This document shows, piece after piece, positions 54,217-64,000 of a DNA stretch of 64,000 bases (position 1 is the first letter of the stretch; each line of letters starts with the position of its first letter). A model generated the notes under the pieces. It ran no database searches. It was not told the DNA's origin and saw only the letters and a program-made list of their open reading frames with translations. The stretch covers positions 28,024,001 through 28,088,000 of the forward strand of contig OZ024763.1 in assembly GCA_964016885.1 (NCBI GenBank), written 5' to 3'. Made by a program: the position numbers and the translations under genes. This stretch comes from Eledone cirrhosa. Its lineage: Eukaryota.

Positions 54217-55789
54217 TAACCCTTAACATTACTCTATGTATTGTATTTTTACTGTGAACACTATATCTTATATAATTATCTCACATAATATTGAATTTAT
54301 GAGATTTTGATATTACTTATTTTGAGAACAATAACTTAACATCAGTATGACTGGCCAGTTACAGCCAGTTTCAACAGAAAGAAGTGAGAAAATCCAGGCT
54401 GGATACAACCGGTTTAAATGCTAAAGGGTTAACCCTCTCACATTTACATTACTCTATATTTACTATTGTATTTTCATGGTAAACACTATATCTTACATAA
54501 TTATCTCACATAATATTGAATTTATGAGATTTTGATATTACTTATTTTGAGAACAATAACTTAACATCAGTATGAATGGCCAGTTACAGCCAGTTTCAAC
54601 AGAAAGAAGTGAGAAAATCCAGGCTGGATACAACCGGTTTAAATGCTAAAGGGTTAACCCTCTCACATTTACATTACTCTATATTTACTATTGTATTTTC
54701 ATGGTAAACACTATATCTTACATAATTATTTCACATAATATTGAATTTATGAGATTTTGATATTACTTATTTTGAGAACAATAACTTAACATCAGTATGA
54801 ATGGCCAGTTACAGCCAGTTTCAACAGAAAGAAGTGAGAAAATCCAGGCTGGATACAACCGGTTTAAATGCTAAAGGGTTAACCCTCTCACATTTACATT
54901 ACTCTATATTTACTATTGTATTTTCATGGTAAACACTATATCTTACATAATTATTTCACATAATATTGAATTTATGAGATTTTGATATTACTTATTTTGA
55001 GAACAATAACTTAACATCAGTATGAATGGCCAGTTACAGCCAGTTTCAACAGAAAGAAGTGAGAAAATCCAGGCTGGATACAACCGGTTTAAATGCTAAA
55101 GGGTTAACCCTCTCACATTTACATTACTCTATATTTACTATTGTATTTTCATGGTAAACACTATATCTTACATAATTATTTCACATAATATTGAATTTAT
55201 GAGATTTTGGTATTACTTATTTTGAGAACAATAACTTAACATCAGTATGAATGGCCAGTTACAGCCAGTTTCAACAGAAAGAAGCGAGAAAATCCAGGCT
55301 GGATACAGCCGGTTTAAATGCTAAAGGGTTAACCCTCTCACATTTACATTACTCTATATTTACTATTGTATTTTCATGGTAAACACTATATCTTACATAA
55401 TTATCTCACATAATATCGAATCTATGAGATTTGTATATTATTTATTTTGAGAACAGTTCCTTAACATGAATATGAGTGGCCAGTTACAGCCAGTTACAGC
55501 CAGTTTGAACAGAAATAGGTGAGAAAATTCAGGCCAAATACAGCCGGTTTAAATGCTAAAGGGTTATCCATCTCACATTTACATTATTCTATATTTACTA
55601 TTGTATTTTCATGGTAAACACTTTATTTCAGATAATTATCCATAATATCAAATCTATGAGATTTTGATATTATTTATTTTGAGAACAAAACTTTAACATC
55701 AGTATGAGTGGCCAGGTATAACCTGTTTGAACAGAAAGAGGTGAGAGAATTCAGGCCAGATACAGTCAGTTCAAATGCTAAAGAGTTAA
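54217..55789 (+). mobile_element. Head-to-tail array of 7 MITE family 1 units (225-bp period)
   Basis: GGG-TTAA-CCC junctions at 54429, 54654, 54879, 55104 and 55329; degenerate junction at 55564. Confidence 0.9.
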
Positions 55790-56155
55790 AGCGTTTATAT
55801 TTATCTAAAAACCTTCCAAGACAATTTCATGTCAGAACCTTTGTTAAGTTATGTTCCAAACACCAGATAAACAATGAAAAATTTAGTTATATTAATTAAT
55901 AAAAATAATAATTTGACACTAAACTCCACCAATTGCCGACTGCTCAACAACGAGATATTTTTCTCCACAAAGTTCGATCACCAACAGCAGAATTTGAAGA
56001 GCAAAATTTGAAGAGCAAAGATCAACTCCAGTCCATAGGTTGATATTATCATTTAACATGAAAAGGTCACCCCAAAAGTTTTATAGGTAATGTCTTTTGA
56101 ATTTTCAAACATTGTCTCTCAAACCTTCCATCCAGACGAAGCCCACATAATAATG

Positions 56156-56368
56156 TTTTTTTATATAGGCACAAGACCAGCACTTTTTGGGGGAGGGGAA
56201 AGTCGATAAAATCGACCCAGTGCGTGACTGGTACTTTATTTTATCAACCCCGTAAGGATGAAAGGCAAAGTTAACCTCGGCGGGATTTGAACTCAGATCA
56301 TAAAGGACCGTAACTCTATGCTGCAAAGCATGGCGTCCGACCCTCTACCGATACTGCCAATCCACCGC
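56156..56368 (-). mobile_element. SINE family A (longer subfamily)
   Basis: Family A with an extra GTCGATTTTATCGACTTTCCCCTCCCC segment; lies 110 nt into the intron after exon 56479. Confidence 0.8.
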
Positions 56369-56478
56369 CCTCCAAGCCCACATAATAATAATGATGAGGA
56401 AGGGAAAGGTTTACATAAAGAAGTTCTTTTAGGGGTAAAAAAGGGCCAGGGGTAAAAAAAGAAAGAAATGAGACTTAC

Positions 56479-56634
56479 GTGTACAAGGTAAAGAGCGATC
56501 ATCATCTTTGTGACGATAATATCTGTTCTCACAATGACACTCTTCTGCCCCCTCACCATTAGCATAGGAATATTTCGGGCATTTTAGACAGAGCTCATTG
56601 GAAGCGTGCCACTTGTACGTTCCAACAGGACATT
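56479..56634 (-). CDS. Eph: Eph receptor exon: Cys-rich EGF/TNFR-like module (156 nt, phase 1-1)
   Basis: Manual translation xCPVGTYKWHASNELCLKCPKYSYANGEGAEECHCENRYYRHKDDDRSLPCT matches the Eph pattern CP.G.YK..C..CP..S...GA..C.C..YYR...PCT. Acceptor ttctAG, donor C|GTAAGT. Absent from the ORF track. Confidence 0.96.
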
Positions 56635-56762
56635 CTAGAAGAGAAAAGAAAAGAAAAATTATACAAACATGGAAGTTAAGATATTATAATCAAAGAGAGA
56701 AATATTAAAATATAAGAAAAATATTTTCAATATTATTATTATTATTATTGTTGTTGTTAAAT

Positions 56763-57562
56763 GAGGTCGTGTAGGTGTCACGACAAAAAAACACACAGTC
56801 CACGCTGTAATGTGGCCGTGTAGGTAACACGGTAAAAACCTCCCAGTGCCACACTGTAAATGTGGTTGGTGTTAGGAAGGGCATCCGGCCGTAGAAAACC
56901 CGCCAGACGTGTAGGTGTCACGAAAAAAAAACACACAGTCCATGCTGTAATGTGGCCGTGTAGGTAACACAGTAAAAACCTCCCAGTTCCACACTGTAAA
57001 CGTGGTTGGTGTTAGGAAGGGCATCCAGCCGTAGAAAACCCGCCAGACAGTCCTATGCGAGCAAGACAACCACTCTTGCCTCAAGTGGGAAAACTCCCGT
57101 CCAAACCCATGCGAGCGTGGAATATGGACGTTAAACGAAGATGATGATGATGATGATGAAATAAAGAAATCATTGATTGGCAGTATCAGTAGAGGGTCGG
57201 ACGCCATGCTTTGATGCATAGAGTTACGGCCCTTGGCATTCTGAGTTCAAATCCCGCCGAGGTTAACTTTGCCTTTCATCCTTATGGGGGGGGGGGTTTA
57301 ATAAAATAAAATACCAGTAATGCACTGGGATAATTGCTGGCCTTGTGCCAAAAGTAGAAACAATTATTATCATTATTATTTGCCAGAATGGGTAGAGCAT
57401 CGAATACCATGCTTTGCAACATAGAGTTATGGCCTTTTACGTTCTGAGTTCAAATCTGGTGAGGTTAGCTTTGTGTGTTTCTACCGTTACAGGGTCGATA
57501 AAATAAAGTACCAGTAATACACTGGGGAAATTGCTGGCCTTGTGCCAAAAGTAGAAACAATT
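56763..57562 (+). mobile_element. SINE cluster: duplicated family-B-type 3' half followed by two family A copies
   Basis: ~140-bp duplication (56769-56908 / 56909-57048), tail GGACGTTAAACGAAG(ATG)n; SINE A at ~57174-57365 and 57379-57562. Confidence 0.75.
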
Positions 57563-58255
57563 ATTATTATTATTGTTGCTGTTGCTACAACATTATTAGC
57601 CCCACCCAGCCCCCACAACCACCCCTTAAACCTTTTTAATCAAATTCCTTATGCAAATACTTTGGCATACATCACTAAATAGGAATGAAATAGTCTGCTG
57701 GGCTTTGTCTTTAGTAATCTTTGCGTAACATTGTATCACCGACCCCTAACTCACCGCATACTTTGACTGTAAGGGGTCAACTCACGTTGGTTGAAGACCA
57801 CTGAATGTTACAACGACGTTAAGTTATGTTTCACTGTGTTTAGTCTACCGACAACTTGTGAATCATACACTACTGCAGAGGGAGAAGGTGAGTAGAGGGG
57901 AGAGGGGGGGATGGAGGGGGAGGGGGAGACTGGGGAGTGAGATGGGGAGGAGGGGGTGTTAGGGGGAGAAGGGGGGGTGTTAGGGGGAGAGGAGGAGTGG
58001 GGGTGGGGGAGAAGGGAGTGAGGGAGGAAGATGGAGAGTGGAAGAGAGGGAGAGAGGAGACAGAGAGAGAAAGGGAGAGAAAGGGAGAGAGGAGGGAGAG
58101 GGAGAGAGAAGGAAGATGAAAGACAGAGGGAGAGAGAGAGATATCAGAATGGGATAGGGACACATTTCTCCTGTCTGTCTGTGTATATATATGTCTGTCT
58201 GTCTATCTGTCTGTGTATATGCATGTCTGTCTGTCTGTCTGTCTGTCTGTGTATA

Positions 58256-58286
<31 letters not shown>

Positions 58287-58709
58287 GTATATGTCTGTCT
58301 ATCTGTCTGTGTATATCTCTGTATGTATGTTTGTCTGTCTGTGTATATGTCTGTCTGTCTGTCTATGTGTGTGTATGTCTGTCTGTCTATATATGTGTCT
58401 GTGTATATGTCTGTCTGTCTGTATATGTCTGTCTGTCTGTATATGTCTGTCTGTCTATCTGTCTGTGTATATGTCTGTCTGTCTGTCTGTCTGTCTATGT
58501 GTGTGTATGTCTGTCTGTCTGTATATGTCTGTCTGTCTGTCTATGTGTCTGTGTATATGTCTGTCTGTCTGTATATGTCTGTCTGTCTGTATATGTCTGT
58601 CTGTCTATCAGTCTGTGTATATGTCTGTCTGTCTGTCTGTCTATGTGTGTGTATGTCTGTCTGTCTATCAGTCTGTGTGTATGTCTGTCTGTCTATCAGT
58701 CTGTGTATA

Positions 58710-58756
<47 letters not shown>

Positions 58757-58920
58757 GTGTGTGTATGTCTGTCTGTCTATCAGTCTGTGTATATGTCTGT
58801 CTGTCTGTCTGTCTATGTGTCTGTCTGTCTGTCTATGTGTGTGTGTGTGGGGGGGGGGGGCATTTATGAAATTTATTCCTGGTCTAGGTAACACACAGAA
58901 GGTAACCAACAGAGTGTAGC

Positions 58921-60290
58921 ATTGGTGGTGGTGGTGGTAGTGGTGGTGGTATTGGTGGTGGTGGTGCTAGTGGTGGTGATATTGGTGGTGGTATTGGTGG
59001 TGGTGGTAGTGGTGGTGGTATTGGTGGTGGTGGTGCTAGTGGTGGTGATATTGGTGGTGGTATTGGTGGTGGTGGTGGTGGTAGTGGTGGTGGTATTGGT
59101 GGTGGTGGTGCTAGTGGTGGTGATATTGGTGGTGGTATTGGTGGTGGTGGTGGTGGTAGTGGTGGTGGTATTGGTGGTGGTGGTGCTAGTGGTGGTGGTA
59201 TTGGTGGTGGTGGTGGTGGTGGTAGTGGTGGTGGTGGTGGTGGTAGTGGTGGTGGTGGTGGTGGTAGTGGTGGTGGTGGTGGTAGTGGTGGTGGTGGTGG
59301 TGGTGGTGGTGGTGGTATTGGTGGTGGTATTGGTGGTGGTGGTGGTAGTGGTGGTGGTATTGGTGGTGGTATTGGTGATGGTGGTGGTAGTGGTGGTGGT
59401 ATTGGTGGTGGTGGTGGTGGTAGTGGTGGTGGTGGTGGTGGTAGTGGTGGTGGTGGTGGTAGTGGTGGTGGTGGTGGTGGTGGTGGTGGTGGTGGTATTG
59501 GTGGTGGTGGTGGTAGTGGTGGTGGTATTGGTGGTGGTGGTGGTAGTGGTGGTGGTATTGGTGGTGGTGGTGGTGGTGGTGGTGGTGGTGGTGGTGGTGG
59601 TGGTGGTGGTGGTGGTATTGGTGGTGGTGGTGGTAGTGGTGGTGGTAGTGGTGGTGGTGGTGGTATTGGTGCTGGTGGTATTGGTAGTGGTGGTGGTGGT
59701 ATTGGTAGTGGTGGTGGTGGTAGTGGTGGTGGTATTGGTGGTGGTGGTGGTATTGGTGGTGGTGGTGGTGGTAGTGGTGGTGGTGGTGGTGGTAGTGGTG
59801 GTGGTGGTATTGGTGGTGGTGGTGGTAGTGGTGGTGGTATTGGTGGTGGTGGTGGTATTGGTGGTGGTGGTATTGGTAGTGGTGGTGGTGGTATTGGTAG
59901 TGGTGGTGGTGGTATTGGTAGTGGTGGTGGTGGTAGTGGTAGTGGTGGTGGTGGTATTGGTGGTGGTGGTGGTAGTGGTGGTGGTATTGGTGGTGGTGGT
60001 GGTATTGGTGGTGGTGGTGGTATTGGTGCTGGTGGTATTGGTAGTGGTGGTGGTGGTATTGGTAGTGGTGGTGGTGGTAGTGGTAGTGGTGGTGGTGGTA
60101 GTGGTGGTGGTGGTGGTAGTGGTGGTGGTGGTGGTGGTAGTGGTGGTGGTGGTGGTGGTATTGGTGGTGGTGGTAGTGGTGGTGGTGGTGGTATTGGTGC
60201 TGGTGGTGGTGGTATTGGTGCTGGTGGTGGTGGTATTGGTAGTGGTGGTGGTGGTATTGGTAGTGGTGGTGGTGGTATTGGTGGTGTTAA
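58921..60290. repeat. ~1.4-kb interrupted (GGT)n trinucleotide array
   Basis: GGT runs interrupted by AGT/ATT; gives the spurious poly-Val ORF. Confidence 0.97.
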
Positions 60291-62475
60291 TGTTGATGAT
60301 TGGTGAGGTTGATGGTGGCAGTGGTATTGGTGTAGTTTGTTGGTAGTGGAGTTGATGGTATCGGTGGTGGTGCAGTTGTTGGTATAGGTGGTGGTGGTGG
60401 TGGTAGTGGTGTTGTTGTTGTTGTTGTTGTTGTTGGTGGTGGTATCTGGTGTGATGGCAGTGAGGTTGTTGGTATAGGTGGTATTGGTGGTGGTAGTGGT
60501 GGTGGTAGTATGGGTGGTGGTGAAGAAATACTGGAGGTCAGTGTGGAATTAGGTTAATGGTATCAGAGAGAGAGAGAGGGAGAGAGATAGATAGAGAGAG
60601 AGGGAGAGAGAGGGAGAGAGATAGAGAGAGATAGAGAGAGAGAGAGGGAGAGAGAGGGAGAGAGAGGGAGAGAGATAGAGAGAGAGAGAGAGGGAGAGAG
60701 GGAGAGAGATAGAGAGGGAGAGAGAGATAGAGAGGGAGAGAGAGATAGAGAGGGAGAGAGAGAGAGAAAGGACTATGTTAGATTTTAGTAAGATTACAAA
60801 TTTAAACACCATATATACACACATACACAAACACACTTGCACACAAACTATAAGACATCAATCCTCCTACACACACTCAGATACACACACAACACCACAC
60901 ACACACAAACTATAAGTCATTAAACACACACACACAAACTATAAGACATTAAACCCCCTCTCCTCACACACACACACACATACATAAACACTCAGCTACA
61001 CACATACATAAACACACACAACACCACACACACACAAACTATAAGACATTAAACCCCCTCCCCCTCACACACACACTCAGATACCCACATACATAAACAC
61101 ACACAACACCATATACACACACACATATCTACACACACACACACACACTATAAGCCACTGCAGTGAGTTTTAAGACTAACAACTAAAACACACAAAAGGG
61201 TAGTGTGGACTCATTTAAGTATTGTGTGGACAGTGAAATACACAAGGCTAGATGGCTCACTGACCAGAGTTCAAACAAGGGTAATGGAGTGGTTGAGGTA
61301 TTGCACAAGCAGTGAAAGGGACAGGCTTAGATGTCTCAAAGGGCCAGGGTTCAAATGTGGGCAATGGGTTGATTTTAAGTTATTGCAGAGGCAGTGAAAG
61401 AACAGATTTAGATGCATCATTGTCCACAGCTGAAATAAGGGTAATGGGGAGGTGGTTAAGTCATTGAGAAGGCAGTGTGTGTAAAAGGACATGCTTAGAT
61501 GTTCCATTGTCCTGAATTCAAATAAGGGTCATTAGGTGGTTTTAATTTATTGCAAAGGCAGTAAAAGAACACTTCTAGATACATCATAGCCTAGAGTTGG
61601 AATAGGGGCAATGAGGTGGTTAACTTATTGTAGCAGACACTAAAATAAGAAGCTTAACTGCTTCATAATCTTGAAGTATTCCTTTTATTTCCATATTTCT
61701 AATGAAAGACAGTTGCTATGGCTTTCGAATAAGTTTTTAAATAATCAAGAATTTAGAATGATTTAGTAATAGAATATAATTATAAAATGACAAAATGGAG
61801 TAGCGGATTAAGAGAGGGTACAAAAAAGTATAGAAAGTTATTAAAGAGATCACAGAATGTGTGACGAAAGAAGTTTTATGAACTAGAATTGTTTTCAACA
61901 TATTGACGCTTGTATGAGTATATAATTATAAACGTGTAAACACAGACACACACACACGTACAAAAATACACACTCACCGACATACATTCACACAAATACA
62001 CATATACACATACACTCACAGCATAGCAAATGGAACGCCATCTGCTGTTTTGCTATAGTTTTTTCACCATCCCTTGCCTTCCTTTCACACACACACACAG
62101 CATAGCAAATGGAACGCTAGCTGGTGTTTTGGTATAGTTTTTCCCCATCCCTTGCCTCCCTTTTACACAACACACAGCATAGCAAATGGAACGCCATCTG
62201 CTGTTTTGCTAGTTTTTTTTCCCCATCCCTTGCCTTCCTTTTACACACACATATATTCACACAAACAAAAATTGTGTGACAGACAGGTGACAGACTGATA
62301 GAAGTCACTCAAATTTATATATAGATGAAAGACAGTCACCCAATTTCACACACATGGCATGGGTTAACCTGAGGCTATGATGAATGAAATTTGCCCAAGA
62401 TGTCACAGGACTTGATGGTTGCAAAGCAAACCCCTCAACCACTTGGCCACAATGAATCTTAATTAACAGACACAG

Positions 62476-62663
62476 GGTTGGATTTGCAGCATTGGTAGAG
62501 AGTCGGGCGCCATGCTTTCCAGCATAGAGTTACGTCCCTTTACAGACTGAGTTCAAATCCCGCCGAGGTTAAATTTGCCTTTTATCCTTACAGGGTCGAT
62601 AAAATAAAGTACCAGTAATGTACTTGGTAATTGCTGGCCTTGTGCCAAAAGTAGAAACAATTA
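62476..62663 (+). mobile_element. SINE family A
   Basis: Full-length match. Confidence 0.8.
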
Positions 62664-63507
62664 TTCATAAGGCTCACAAGGTGGAGAAATAAAGGAGCCC
62701 TTCTCCATTTTGTTACACTGAACTTTATCATACAGACAGGCTGTAAGACCTATAAGGATGATGAAATTGAAAACTAGGGGAGCCCTTAAACATTTCATTG
62801 TATGGAAGCTTATTATACAGGCACAGGGCTGTATTCTCCATAAGGCTGACAAGGTTGAATGATAGAGGAGCCCTTAAACATTTCATTGTATGGAACCTTA
62901 TTATACAGGCATAGGTTTGTATTATCCCTAAGGGTGATGAAGTAGAAAATTAAGGGGCTCCTTAAACATTTGGTCACACGGAACCTTATCATAGAGATAT
63001 AGGGCTGTATTATTCATAAGGTTAACTAGGTTTGAAAACTAGGGAACCTCTGAAGAGACTAGGGGTTTGTGAAAGACTGATGTCACCAAAGGGGTCCTGA
63101 TGTGAAATGTATGGAAGCTAAGGGGACAAGCCATGTGTTAACAAGGGCCCTGCAAATGCTGGTGAAATATAGAAAAAGACCTGATAGGGTTATTCTTGTT
63201 ATTCTTTCAGTCAAAATTCTTTTTACAAACATTAGGGGTTAAATTTCACTTTTATTTCTGTACAACAATCAATAAATGTAGGGAATATTAATAGAATGGG
63301 TTAGGTTAGTGGAAGGTAAAGAAGGGGGTAAAAATGAGAGCTGGGCAGAGGGGGAGATGGTAGGTGGTTGTGACAGAGGTTACTATCACAAGGGAAAAGC
63401 GGAGGGCTTCAGGAGACCATATGACTTCCAATATATACATAAATATATATACACACACACACATATATATATATGAAAATTGCAAACTTGATTGTCACCA
63501 CAGAATA

Positions 63508-63546
63508 TGAACCTGAAGATTGCGAAAGCATGAAAGTACTTCTTCA
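63508..63546 (+). ncRNA. Minimal hammerhead ribozyme motif
   Basis: UGAAC-CUGAAGA-U-UGC(GAAA)GCA-U-GAAA-GUAC-UU-CUUCA. GNRA-capped stem II, palindromic stem III, one stem I mismatch. Confidence 0.6.
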
Positions 63547-63743
63547 ATTAACACTTAACATTTAATATTCTACCATACTATTTCATTATAATATCATTAT
63601 AATTTTAAAGGATTGTAAATAAAACGAGTAAATCAGACAAAGTTGGAATTCCTTTTATTAATATAATCTTCTATACACAATCATACACACTCGTGTATAT
63701 TTATTTATTTATATATGTTGTATATTTATTTATTTATATATAT

Positions 63744-63783
<40 letters not shown>

Positions 63784-64000
63784 TTTTGCGAGGTTTTTGA
63801 TATGAAATATGACACAAATATGACCCTCCCCAAGTATAACAATATATATAACTATATATATACACACAGATGTATGTGTGTATAAACATATACACACACA
63901 AGCATTCAAATATATATATATATATATATATAGGAACAAGTAAGACCCCGACGGCTGAGCTGAAGTTTCGACGGCTAATTCTGGACTCAGCCGTCGGGGT

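Noticed and set aside
58922-60346. 474-aa poly-Val ORF
   Set aside because: (GGT)n microsatellite artefact.
61843-61880. Hammerhead of family P1
   Set aside because: Core CTGA lost; only a decayed remnant.
63049-63085. CTGAAGAG...GAAA hammerhead-like string
   Set aside because: No convincing stem I, II or III.

Overview
AT-rich, microsatellite-saturated eukaryotic DNA; the SINE types and repeat landscape suggest an octopus or other coleoid cephalopod (inference). The window lies inside one minus-strand Eph receptor tyrosine kinase gene. Four exons (56479-56634, 34508-34688, 33126-33250, 10473-10684; 674 nt) have GT-AG sites and matching phases, and encode the Cys-rich/EGF-like module, FN3-1 and most of FN3-2. 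The ligand-binding, TM and kinase exons lie outside the window. Nearly all other ORFs in the track are simple-repeat artefacts. The introns hold tRNA-derived SINEs, piggyBac-type MITEs, a Helitron, R4/Dong and RTE LINE fragments, and several satellites grown from transposon segments. Most notable are several families of short Penelope-like elements carrying minimal type I hammerhead ribozyme motifs, two of them on the Eph sense strand. The FN3-2 exon also has a 173-bp foldback beside it and a pair of complementary unique islands on either side. No CRISPR array or prokaryotic system is present.
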